Assembly: GCA_964016885.1 (NCBI GenBank)
Contig: OZ024766.1
Coordinates: forward strand, 12,896,001-12,960,000
DNA: 64,000 bases
From: Eledone cirrhosa
Lineage: Eukaryota
Direction of reading: 5' to 3'
Shown: positions 15,883 to 27,221 of the stretch, piece after piece
How positions within the stretch are numbered: the stretch's first letter is position 1
Layout: every line of letters begins with the position of its first letter
The notes under the pieces: model-generated
Told to the model about the DNA's origin: nothing
Databases searched by the model: none
What the model saw: only the letters and a program-made list of their open reading frames with translations
Translations under genes and position numbers: made by a program

Positions 15883-16576
15883 TTTCAGGATTGAAAGACT
15901 CACCTTTAGCCACAAGGTTCTATGAGAAACTGCTAACATGCTCGCATGTGTGCGTGCTGAAATCTGGGTCTTTCCACTGGGAACAACCCCCTGTTATCTT
16001 TTTTGTACATTCATCCATTCATTTATTTATTTGCTAACATTCTATCTTGTGTACCCCCCCCCCCCTCCATGCAACCCTTTCTTTTCTCTCTTGTCTTCTG
16101 ACGCCTCCATATCTGATGTAAGTGAGCTATGAGGCCCTCTTATCAGCATTTTCCCTTCCACCCACACAGTTCTGCCTAGCACCTAGGCTGGTGACGACCA
16201 GCCACTCACCCCTGATGCTGCTTCATGCCCCAGTCCCCCCCCCAATCCTCCATCCCCTGCAGTCGAGACCTGCAGCACCACGAATAGACGGGAGAAGGGC
16301 CGGAACTTATGGGGTGCAGCTGCTTCCACCATCTCACCTGTGTTAGCTTGACGCGTCAAACCTCCAGTGCCCTCACAGCGTGGAGAAGCTGAAACTGTCT
16401 CTTCACCTTGTCTGCCCAGCCACGGTCATGTAGCACACCACCAGATGAGACAACGAGCTTGCCTGACACCCAAGCCTCGCTGGTCAACATCGCTTGGCTC
16501 AGGTGGTGGCGAAAGATCTCACTCAGGATCCCAAGAGCAGCCCGGGTGCCGGTAGCCGATGCCCTCGCTTCCTCTT

Positions 16577-18350
16577 TTATGATGATTATTTCATATTAAG
16601 GTGGACGTTAATGTTTATAAATAACATCAGGTGACTTATTTACCTTATAGTTGTTGTTTTATCACCTGTATTATTAAATATTGAGGTGGTTGTTCAACAT
16701 TTTACGGGACAGGAAAATATTATTTTAATCAGAAATCAGTGAACATTTAGTTTTTACTAACTTTTCTTGACTTTATATTTCGTCTTGAGAACTAAAGTAC
16801 GTATTATTTCCTTTTCTACCACAACACAAACATTGTGAACTTTTCTATCTGAAGTGAAATATCTTGATTTATTACAACACCTACACACATATTTCTAAAC
16901 ACACACACACGTCTCTCTACCCCCCTCTCACTCTCTCTCTCTCTCTCTCTCTCTCTGATTGAATTATATAATATATGCTTGAATTTTCTTCGTCGAAAAT
17001 CAGTCTTGGGCTGTCATATGACATTACTTGTACAAACTAAATGCTACATTACAACTTTTTAGAAGAAGAAAGCGGAGATCTGCAGTCTTTTATGGACCTT
17101 TTGTATATTAGACTACATAACATATATTAACGATATCTATATTTCTTAATATATATGTAAAATTAGTGAGAATCCTTTATGTAAAGATCACTAGCTAGAA
17201 ATATGTCTGAATATAGCTGTGAGATTTACAGGAAAACTTTCCCTTCAAAACTGAATCTAACCTCACACAAAAGAATGCACACTGGAGAAAAACCCTTCCA
17301 GTGTGAAATATGTGGGAAATCTTCCACTGATAATTCTAAACTTGTCATCCACATGCGAAGTCATACTGGAGAAAAACCTTACCATTGTGAAATATGTGGG
17401 AAATCTTTTTCTCGTGGTTTTAACCGTGTAGAACAGAAAAGAATACACACTGGAGAAAAACCCTTTTCTTGCTCAGAGGTTCAGTAAAATAAAGTACCAG
17501 TAATCTACTGGGGTTGATTTAATCAACTTTCTCCTTCCCATCCAATTGTGGCCTTGAGTTAAAAGTAGAAACAGTTATTTAAAGTCTATAAAACAATAGA
17601 TAGAATGCTTTCTGCCATATTTGTTCTGGTTCTCAGCTCTGAGTTTAAATCCTGCTGAGGTCAACTTTGCCTTTCATCCATTCAAGGTTGATAAGAAAAA
17701 AGTACCAGTCTACCACTGGGGTCTGTTCTTCCTCCCTATATTTCTTTCTCACTTCCTCTCTCTTATTCTCTCTCCTTCTCAAGAAGTAATCAACTGTTCC
17801 ACCCTGGTGAGTGAAGGGCTCCACCAAGCTTCAAATGTCCACAGTGACACCCCTATGACTCCATCAGTGCAAGAAAAACAAAACAAAAGATGAATGTATT
17901 TATTTTATAAACCTCAACTGGTTTATATTCATATTTGTGACAAAATATCCACATTTATGTTTAAATAAAAACAATTTTACAACTTTAATATTTGTTGGAT
18001 GGTACGGTCATGACAGTTCAAATTAGGACTTTTTAAAAAATTAACATTTGAAAATACTTTACAACTTTCTTCTCTTTATCTTTACCCATTCCTGAGAGGC
18101 TTGTAGAGGGTAGAGTCCACACACAGGTCCTATGTTTGTAAAATGTCCTCTATATACTACACACACACAAAACCACATCACTCTGCACACACACACCACA
18201 TCCCACACAACAGACATACACCATACCACACCACACCACATACAAACCAGGTAGTTATACCAACCCTGTATCTTGGTTTTAGTGATTTTTTTGTAACACA
18301 TCTCAACATCCCAGACCTTAGCAACCGGAGTGGACTCATCAGATTGGATA
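16577..18350 (+). repeat. Diverged segmental duplicate of the zinc-finger locus (matches ~81-200, 500-760 and ~2570-3460)
   Basis: GATTATTTCATATTAAGGTGGACG...GGTTGTTCAACA shared upstream; same ATGTCTGAATATAG start; shared downstream SINEs, CA-rich tract and GGAGTGGA...CTCATCAGATTGGA end. Confidence 0.9.
17203..17487 (+). pseudogene. Truncated C2H2 zinc-finger paralog (3 fingers, 2 broken)
   Basis: Finger 1 has CEIY (Cys>Tyr), finger 3 has lost its first His (VEQKRIH), finger 4 runs into SINE sequence and a stop. Confidence 0.75.
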
Positions 18351-18461
18351 TTAAATGATGAGCTGTGACATCATTGGTGTCAACCTGTTTCAGCCATTCC
18401 TTTGGACAACATTATAGTGTATGTATGTAGTATATATATATATATATAGAGAGAGAGAGGT

Positions 18462-18494
<33 letters not shown>

Positions 18495-18691
18495 GTTATA
18501 TATATATATAGAGAGAGAGAGAGATTATATATATATATATATATAGCGAGAGAGAGATCTTATATATATATATATATATATGTATGAATGAAGTAATTCC
18601 ATCGGAAAAGTCCAGGAAAAAAGAGTGCTCTATGTATGCAACAGAGCTTAATTATTATTATTATGTAATAAACAACATAAGGCAATTATTC

Positions 18692-18745
18692 CATTTACCA
18701 GTGGTTTCTTAAAAGCAAAAGGTTTTGCTTTCAATCCTCAGAATG
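18692..18745 (-). ncRNA. Type I hammerhead ribozyme motif (mirror copy)
   Basis: Reverse complement of 18760-18813. Confidence 0.8.
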
Positions 18746-18759
18746 AAAAATCCATTTTT

Positions 18760-18813
18760 CATTCTGAGGATTGAAAGCAAAACCTTTTGCTTTTAAGAAA
18801 CCACTGGTAAATG
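18760..18813 (+). ncRNA. Type I hammerhead ribozyme motif
   Basis: CATT-CTGAGGA-TTGAAAGCAAAA(cc)TTTTGCTTTTAA-GAAA-CCA(c)TGG-TA-AATG: stem I CATT/AATG, 12-bp stem II, stem III ACCA/TGGT, GUA site with predicted cut after 18809. Confidence 0.8.
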
Positions 18814-19158
18814 GAATAATTGCCTTATGTTGTTTATTACATAATAATAATATATATATATATAGAGAGAGAGAGAGATAATATATATAGAGAGATTATA
18901 TATATATATATAGATTATATATATATATATATATATATAATCTCACTCTCTCTCTCTATATATATATATAGATTATATATATATATATATAGAGAGAGAG
19001 ATTATATATATAGAGAGATTATATATATATATATATAGATTATATATATATATATATATATATAATCTCACTCTCTCTCTCTATATATATATATATAGAT
19101 TATATATATATATATAGAGAGAGAGAGATTATATATATAGAGAGAGAAAGAGATGATC

Positions 19159-19189
<31 letters not shown>

Positions 19190-19228
19190 TGAGATTATAT
19201 ATATATAGAGAGAGAGAAAGAGATGATC

Positions 19229-19274
<46 letters not shown>

Positions 19275-19368
19275 GATTATATATATATATATATAGAGAG
19301 AGAGATCATCTATATATATATAGAGAGAGAGAGAGATTATATATATATATAGAGAGAGAGAGATCATC

Positions 19369-19402
<34 letters not shown>

Positions 19403-19504
19403 TTATATATATATATATAGAGAGAGAGATCATCTATCTATATATATATATAGAGAGAGAGAGAGAGATTATATATATATATATAGAGAGAGAGATCATC
19501 TATC

Positions 19505-19536
<32 letters not shown>

Positions 19537-19628
19537 TTATATATATATATATAGAGAGAGAGAGATCATCTATATATATATATAGAGAGAGAGAGATTAT
19601 ATATATATATAGAGAGAGAGAGATCATC

Positions 19629-19662
<34 letters not shown>

Positions 19663-19727
19663 TTATATATATATATAGAGAGAGAGAGAGATCATCTATA
19701 TATATATATAGAGAGAGAGAGATCATC

Positions 19728-19763
<36 letters not shown>

Positions 19764-19894
19764 TTATATATATATAGAGAGAGAGAGAGAGATCATCTAT
19801 ATATATATATAGAGAGAGAGAGATCATCTATATATATATATATAGAGATAGAGAGAGAGAGATTATATATATATATATAGAGAGAGAGATCATC

Positions 19895-19926
<32 letters not shown>

Positions 19927-19999
19927 TTATATATATATATATAGAGAGAGAGATTATATATATATATATAGAGAGAGAGAGATCATCTATATATATATA

Positions 20000-21032
20000 T
20001 TTGTGTTCAAGAGACTAGATGGAGGGGCTGGTCTGCTAGATTCATTGTGGGTAAAAAACGATGTTATAAACCTTTCTGGGTGGGAAATGACAATGGGCTG
20101 GGTGGAGTAGTATGGTGGGATGGGGGAAGTAGAGAACACTATCAAGTGGCTAGGAGAGAATCTAGGAGACAAGTGTACCTTGCAAGAAGGGAAGCAGGGG
20201 ATAGAAAGTTCAAGCATTTTCTACAACACGAGGACCAAAAACCTGAGGTGTTCAGGATTGCTAAACAATGTGTCAAGGAAAATCGTGATACTGTCAGGGA
20301 GAAGTGTGTCCTTAATGATGATGGTGTACTTGCCCTCACTTTTACTGATAAGAAGATAGCTCAGAAGTGTCACTACGGGAGGCTACTAAATGAGGAGAAT
20401 AAATGGGAAAAAGATAGTCTTCCCCAAATTGATCCAATAGAGGGACCAGCAGTGCAAGTTGAAGGTAGTATAATAAGTAAGGCAATCAAAGATATGAAGG
20501 CAGGCAAGGCAGCTGGGCCTTCGGAGATAGTTGCTGAGATGTTGAAAGCATCTGGAATGGTGGGACATACTATGGTCACCCAGACAGTAAACCAAGTAAT
20601 ACAGAATGGGGTCATACCAAATGACTGGCATAGCAGCATCATCGTTAACTGCTACAAGGTTAAAAGAGATGCCCTAGATAGGGGAAACTATAGAGGCATT
20701 AAGGTAGTTGACCAGGTCATGAAGGTCACAGAAAGAGTTATTGCACAACTAATCAGAGACAGAATTGATCTAGATGAAATGCAGTTTTGGTTTGTGTCAG
20801 GTAAAAGTACCACAGACACTCTTTTCCTTGTACGACAACTACAGGAGAAGTACCTAGCTAAAAGTAAACCCCTATACTTAGCTTTCGTTGACTTGAAGAA
20901 AGCCTTAGACAGAGTCCTCAGCTACATTTTCTGGTGGACCCTTAGAAAACTAGGAGTAGATGAATGGCATGTGAGAGCCATGTATAAAGAAACGGTGAGC
21001 AAGGTGAGAATTAACAATAAATATAGTGAAGA
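20000..21032 (+). mobile_element. RTE-clade LINE fragment, N-terminal part of reverse transcriptase
   Basis: ORF 20047-21054: KAAGPSEIVAEMLKA, GNYRGIKVV, QFWFVSGKSTTD, LQEKY, LAFVDLKKALDRV; truncated before the YxDD motif. Confidence 0.88.
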
Positions 21033-21436
21033 AATGATAGGAAGGAAGAAATAGAATGGGTACCAACAAAGATATTTATTTCTCTGTTGTTACGAGCCTC
21101 CCATTCTTCGCAGTCATCTCAGATAAATCATTGAAACTGCAGGTGGTCTGAGATATGATGAATGTATTTTAATATTTGTGACCTCCTCTCACCCATTCTA
21201 TTTCTTCCTTCCGATCATTTCTTTGAGTCAACTCACATCAAGTTGCTGACTTCTGTCCTTCGAGGTAATGTTTTACCCAACACAGCTTTGACGGTATTTT
21301 GCTGTTTAAACACCGAGTTTTTCCATTTTATATATATATATATATGTATGTAAAGGGTAAACAGAAATAACAATACAATCAGTACAGTATATGGAAGGAA
21401 TATATTAGGTTAATGCTTGAAATAGCAGGAAGAGGG

Positions 21437-21472
21437 TCTTAACGTTTCGGACGCTAGTCTTTCATCAGAAGA
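21437..21472 (-). ncRNA. Minimal type I hammerhead ribozyme motif in a Penelope-like fragment (~21345-21480)
   Basis: Minus strand TCTT-CTGATGA-aaGAC(tagc)GTCc-GAAA-CG-TT-AAGA; palindromic minimal stem III (AACGTT); A-C mismatch at the base of stem II. Confidence 0.7.
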
Positions 21473-21787
21473 TTGAAGGGACGGGCAGGATGGAATTGGA
21501 AAAAATATCTTTAGATATCAGGTCCATTCATGTTGACATCTCTTGTGTATGATATATTTTTGTTTAAGACTCACATTAATCCCCTATAATTTAATGAGCT
21601 CAAGGATTAGATTCCGGGTTTTTTATAAATCACCATATAGAGAGAAGTACACATAGAGATATGTGTTCAATTATAGAAGATTAAAAACCACCAGAGTGAC
21701 GAACATATTAACTATGGAAGTAATACTGGATACAAATCAATTAAAATAATATATTAAAGTGTACTAACCATCTATTTATAACTATAA

Positions 21788-21868
21788 CATCCAGACATGC
21801 TCAAATGAGAGTATGTTTCGCTATAAAAGTGAAGAATATATATTGTAGAGGTAGCTCATCGGCGGATA
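21788..21868 (-). ncRNA. Type I hammerhead ribozyme motif with U4>C core change
   Basis: Minus strand TATCCG-CCGATGA-GCTA...TAGC-GAAA-CAT...ATG-TC-TGGATG; all three stems pair; GUC site. Confidence 0.6.
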
Positions 21869-22530
21869 CCTATCAATATGATCAACACTTCTAAAAATAT
21901 ATTAGATAACTAAGAAAACACACACGGTGTAGAGAAAAGATGTTTTATAGCCCATGGTGGTGAATAGACCAAAAGACCGCTAAAAATATATATGATATGA
22001 TATACGTCTAGAAATATATTTTTATCACATGCATGTTAACATACATATGAAAATTTAGAGCTTATTTAGCTGCTATTTCTAACATTTTCCACGTTACATA
22101 TTTTTATTATTTGGCTGCCATTTCTAACATTTGTATTTACCACACAGACTGAAACGTTTAACAAAGGGGAATAAATCTTTAAAGCCTTCGATTTGCTATT
22201 ATCTCCCTTTCACTGTAAAATTTATGATAGTAATCTAGACTAGAGAGCCCCTCACTAAATGTTCTTATAACTTTCTTAATAAAATATTTTGTAATAACAT
22301 TTTGCAGAGATACGAATTACAGTTTATAGATTAACTTACTGTAACTGAAATTACAATATATCTTTACGTACAAATGTACTAAGGCTAGAAATTGCCAGGT
22401 AGGGTGTACAGTTTTTATCACATTTCCTATTTAGTAAAATAAACTATTTTATCACAACAATATAAAGAAACAGGATATAGATTTATTTGGTACTTCTAGC
22501 GTTGTTTACATACATATTGATATATATGTA

Positions 22531-22561
<31 letters not shown>

Positions 22562-22597
22562 TGTTTATATACATAACACATACATACACACATATGC

Positions 22598-22631
<34 letters not shown>

Positions 22632-22634
22632 CTG

Positions 22635-22792
22635 TGTGATAGGAAGGGCATCCAGCTAAAGAAATGAAGCTAGAATCAGTTCCCATATGAGCAAGACAAA
22701 GTCAGACGACCTAAAATTGCCCACAACAGGACAATCTGTCTAACCCATGCTAGCGTGGAAGAATCGACGTAAAACGGTGATGATGATGATGA
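22635..22792 (+). mobile_element. Short 3' tail of the RTE-type LINE
   Basis: AGGAAGGGCATCCAGC...AACCCATGCTAGCGTGGAA...GACGTAAAACGG(TGA)n, same tail as 23890-24057. Confidence 0.75.
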
Positions 22793-22876
22793 CATATATA
22801 TATATATACACCTGTATATATCTATCTGTATATATAAATATATATATATAAATATTAGACATAAATTTTTGTGTAC

Positions 22877-22932
<56 letters not shown>

Positions 22933-23069
22933 GAGAGGTACACAAAAATTTATGTCTAATATTTCTTCTTACTTTATAATATGTTTTATATATATATACA
23001 TACATATATGTGTGTGCATATATATATATATATATATGCACACACATATATGTATAAATATACATACAT

Positions 23070-24057
23070 GTAGGCTTCACATGCAGCAGCTGTGCTGAGA
23101 CAGCAAGCAGCAAACTGCCAAAGGAAACAAGTACCACCAATCTCTGGGAGGGCCCTGTAGAAACAGTAGACAGCTTCTGTTACCTAGGTGACCGAATTAG
23201 CAGCGGAGGTGGGTGTTCGGAAAGTACAATAACTAGGGTAAGAACGGGATGGAAGAAGTTCAGGGAGCTACTACCACTGCTAGCTGCAAAAGCCTTCTCT
23301 CTCAAAATGAAAGGCAGACTGTATGATGCGTGTATCCGAACAGCGATGTTACATGGTAGTGAGACCTGGGCGCTGAAGGTGGAAGACTTACGTAGATTAG
23401 AGAGAAGCGAAGCCTGCATGCTCCGATGGATGTGTAATAGTAATATACGTGAACGACAAAGCATAAATGAATTGAGAGAGAGACTGAGCATAAGAGGAAT
23501 CAAATGCTGTGTGCAGGAGAGGAGGTTGCGTTGGTATGGACATGTGATGCGTATGAAGGATGACAGCTGCATAAAAAGGTGCAGAGCACTAGAAGTCGAT
23601 GGAAACCGCGGAGTGGGGAGACCCAAGAAGACCTGGGATGAGGTGATAAAAGCCGACCTTACCCAATTACACCTCTCAAAGGCGATGACTTCTGGCGTCA
23701 CGCAGTAATACAGAGTACCCGACCTCCCATGGGTACAAGCTGATGCATATAGACAATATGCCCCCACACCCTCCCACTGTAAGGTGGTCGTGGAGGTGCC
23801 ACAGCAAAAAAGCACCCAGCCCACACTGTAAATTGGACGTGTAGGCGCCACGAAAAAGCACCCAGCACTCACTGTAAATGAGGTTGGTGTTAGGAAGGGC
23901 ATCCAGCTGTAGAAATCAAGCCAAAATCAGTTCCTGTATGAGCAAGGCAGATCCTGTATCAGCCGACCAGACACTGCACACAACAGAACAACCCGTCTAA
24001 CCCATTCTAGCGTGGAAGAACGGACGTAAAACGGTGATGATGATGATGATGATGATA
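23070..24057 (+). mobile_element. RTE-clade LINE, 5'-truncated: C-terminal ORF region, 3'UTR and (GAT)n tail
   Basis: VDSFCYLGD, RVRTGWKKFRELLPLL, AMLHGSETW, RRLRWYGHVMR, GRPKKTW, followed by the 3'UTR and microsatellite tail. Confidence 0.88.
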
Positions 24058-24159
24058 CATATATGTGTGTGCATATATATATATATACATATACATACAT
24101 ATATATAAGGGTGAGAAATGAAATTTCATTTTTTCCATTTATATATATATATATATTCT

Positions 24160-24848
24160 ATTCTAGGGCGGGTAAAATTTCCGAGATCCATGGACGAGTT
24201 CTCTCCAGCGGTCTCTGTCCCTCATTATCACTGCCATGTCCCGCGTCTCCAACAGACCAGTGTCTGTCCTTAGGGCATTAACATATGTTAACCTTGGTCT
24301 TCCTCTTCCAGTGTGGCCATGTAGGGGCTCCCACAGGAGCACTGAGTGCAATGTCAACTCTGGATGTCGGCGAGTATGTCCAGCTAAACCCAGTCTCCTC
24401 TGTGTCACTTTTGAGCTGACTTTTGGGATGCTCCCATACAGCTCTGAGTTTTTCAACCTCAGTGTATACTGATTAATGTTCAGAGCCATCCTCACCATTC
24501 TCGTGTAGCACCCATCCACCATCTGGGTGAGTTTCTTGGTCAGTGTCCAAGTCTCAGACCCGTACAGCAGCACAGACTCCACTACAGCAATGAAGAGGTG
24601 GATTTTCAGGTCTTTACGAAGGTCCGACTTCCACACCGATCCCAAGCTGTGACACGCCGCCCAGGCTTTGCTCTTCCTCTCAACCACATCATCTTCGGTA
24701 TTCCCAATCTTTGCTCCCAAATACAAGAAGTCCTCAACCAATTCTAGCGGCTTCCCGCCTACATTAGTGATCCTCTCTGGCTTCTCAACATTCTCTACCA
24801 GATATTTTGTTTTAGTCTCATTCATTCTCAGCCCCACACTCATCGACA
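24160..24848 (-). mobile_element. Second non-LTR retrotransposon family (RTE-like), 3' ORF fragment
   Basis: GLRMNETKTKY, VEDFLYLGA, VESVLLYGSETWTLT, RRLGLAGH, GRGRPRLTY; embedded in (TA)n. Confidence 0.85.
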
Positions 24849-24868
24849 CAATATATATATACGTATAC

Positions 24869-25170
<302 letters not shown>

Positions 25171-25385
25171 AGTCAATCTGTGAATACAGAAGTAAGTATT
25201 TCAAAAAACGTTTCAACCGAAGACAGGAAGACAATACTTTGGTCCGTGGAAAGGTTCCCTGGCAAAGAACAGAAAAAAACGAAGATAATACGTCATTATG
25301 GGGAGCGGGGAAACAATTACACGCAACGACAAAACCACGTTTATGGTATAACTGAAGTCGTAGACTAAAATTCTATTTATGAAAC

Positions 25386-25580
25386 CGAAGGAAGTATGGT
25401 AAGGAACCAGGTGGACCATAACGCAGGAATAGCACTCGAAACTTTGGGTAGTACAGTGGGTAATAGGAAAAAGTTCAGGACCCCGACGGCAGAGCTCAAG
25501 CCCTTTCAACGGCTATATCTAGTCCAGAAATAGCCTTAGAAACGGCTTGAGCTCTGCCGTCGGGGTCCTGAACCTTTTCA
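25386..25580. mobile_element. Fold-back repeat with the 3' half of an HHR on both strands
   Basis: Inverted arms ~25468-25502 and ~25544-25578; GAAA-CGGC...GCCG-TC present but CUGANGA absent; related pieces at 27218-27330, 28288-28350, 48884-48966 and 54082-54164. Confidence 0.55.
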
Positions 25581-25741
25581 TATATATATATATATATATA
25601 TAAATGTGTGTGTGTGTGTTAAGCTATTCTATTAAATCTACCCCAGTATGTCACTGGTACCATATTTTATCAACCCCAGAAGTATGAAAGGTAAAGTTAG
25701 TTTTAGTCTATTAAATCTACCCCAGTATGTCACTGGTATTA

Positions 25742-25925
25742 GTGGATTGGCAGTATCGGTAGAGGGTCAGACGCCATGCTTTCCAGCATAGTTACGTCCC
25801 TTTACGATCTGAGTTCAAATCCCGCCGAGGTTGACTTTGCCTTTCATCCTTACGGGGTCGATAAAATAAAGTACCAGTAATGAACTGGGTATTTGCTGGC
25901 CTTGTGCCTAAAGTAGAAACAATTA
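25742..25925 (+). mobile_element. Near full-length tRNA-derived SINE
   Basis: A-box TGGCAGTATCGG, B-box GAGTTCAAATCC, GCCTTTCATCCTTACGGGGTCGATAAAATAAAGTACCAG core (resembles the Nin/Deu-type central domain; assignment tentative), GGCCTTGTGCCTAA..TAGAAAC tail. Confidence 0.8.
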
Positions 25926-26315
25926 TATTTTATCAACCCCAGAATGTTGGTTGTGTGGGTTTTTTATTTCTGTATGAAGTTCAGACAGTCAGCCATACAG
26001 ACACATGATATGAGTGTGCAACATCGTAGCTATGTTTCTGTCAGTTGAAAGCAAGTCTTTGTATTAACTTTTAGAGAAAGTCACACCCAGTTAAATTACA
26101 TGACCTTAGGTAAGTGTATGGGAGAGAAAGGAGGAGAGATAGAGAGAGAGAGAAAGAGAGGGATATCGAGAGAGGGAGATAGAGGGAGAGAAAGAGATGT
26201 GAGAGAGACAGAGAGAGGGGGAGAGAGAGAAAGTGGGAAGAATGGAGACTAAAAGTGGAAGAGGCAGAGAGATAGAAAGTAAAATGTAGTAGTAATTCTA
26301 ATGTTGTATTATATA

Positions 26316-26406
<91 letters not shown>

Positions 26407-26556
26407 GCAGAGGTTATATTTAATTTGTTGGGATTCAATAAGCTTAAACATTTTTATAACTGATATAAAGCACTCAACAGTTTGCCTTGGTTGCCTTGAA
26501 ATATGTATAATAAAATAAATATGGTTTTAAAAATATAGTTTCCATTTATTAATATA

Positions 26557-26602
<46 letters not shown>

Positions 26603-26753
26603 ATACTTTGGGAGGGTCATGTTGCCAATAAGAAACACACGCACCAGTTGCTTTCACTTCAATTTAATTTATTATATATTTATAAATTTACAAATTTATA
26701 AATTTCTGGTTGGTTGGTTGGTTCCACAGTCAGATAGTTGTTTATATATATAT

Positions 26754-26798
26754 AGTCATAGTTCTTTCGTCACACACTCTGTGACCTCTTCAGTGACT
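26754..26798 (-). ncRNA. Minimal type I hammerhead ribozyme motif (mirror copy)
   Basis: Reverse complement of 26928-26972. Confidence 0.78.
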
Positions 26799-26927
26799 GG
26801 GGATTTCTTTCTTCGTTTCTGTGCCTTTCCTTTCTTCTATCCTACGCCATTTTGTTTGTGTGACACACAAAAAAAATGGCGTAGGATAGAAGAAAAGAAA
26901 GGCACAGAAACGAAGAAAGAAATCCCC

Positions 26928-26972
26928 AGTCACTGAAGAGGTCACAGAGTGTGTGACGAAAGAACTATGACT
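26928..26972 (+). ncRNA. Minimal type I hammerhead ribozyme motif
   Basis: AGTCA-CTGAAGA-g-GTCAC(agagtgt)GTGAC-GAAA-G(aa)C-TA-TGACT; CUA site with predicted cut after 26967. Confidence 0.78.
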
Positions 26973-27185
26973 ATATATATATAAACGACTATCTGGTTGT
27001 GGAACCAACCAACCAACCAGAAATTTATAAATTTGTAAATTTATAAATATATAATAAATTAAATTGAAGTGAAAGCAACTGGTGCGTGTGTTTCTTATTG
27101 GCAACATGACCCTCCCAAAGTATAACAATATCGGTTTCAACACACGATTTCAGATAAAGAATCTTGCTAAACAAATTCAGAAACG

Positions 27186-27221
<36 letters not shown>

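Larger units (their letters stand above)
18582..18852. mobile_element. Penelope-like terminus / retrozyme-like element with a ~200-bp perfect palindrome (18653-18852)
   Basis: Arms mirror about CC at 18752-18753; a unique extension on one side; flanked by (TA)n; each arm carries an HHR. Confidence 0.7.
18420..20000. repeat. Compound (TA)n/(GA)n microsatellite with GATTA/GATCATC spacers, interrupted by an HHR palindrome element
   Basis: Directly visible. Confidence 0.95.
26595..27188. mobile_element. Penelope-like / retrozyme-like element with a ~536-bp near-perfect palindrome (26595-27131)
   Basis: Arms mirror about 26863 with few mismatches; ~57-bp unique tail on the right; inside (TA)n; present only in the first array unit. 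Confidence 0.72.

Noticed and set aside
18820-19367. IYIY/ERER ORFs here and in other (TA)n tracts, and the His/Thr-rich ORFs near 3172 and 18143
   Set aside because: Translations of simple repeats
23180-23902. 240-aa minus-strand ORF
   Set aside because: Antisense shadow of the RTE LINE ORF
20047-24057. One interrupted full-length LINE joining 20047-21054 and 23070-24057
   Set aside because: Same strand and plausible order, but the catalytic YxDD region is missing and no TSD links them; cannot be told apart from two independent fragments
25742-25830. tRNA gene
   Set aside because: A/B boxes belong to a SINE head followed by the SINE core and tail; no cloverleaf or terminator
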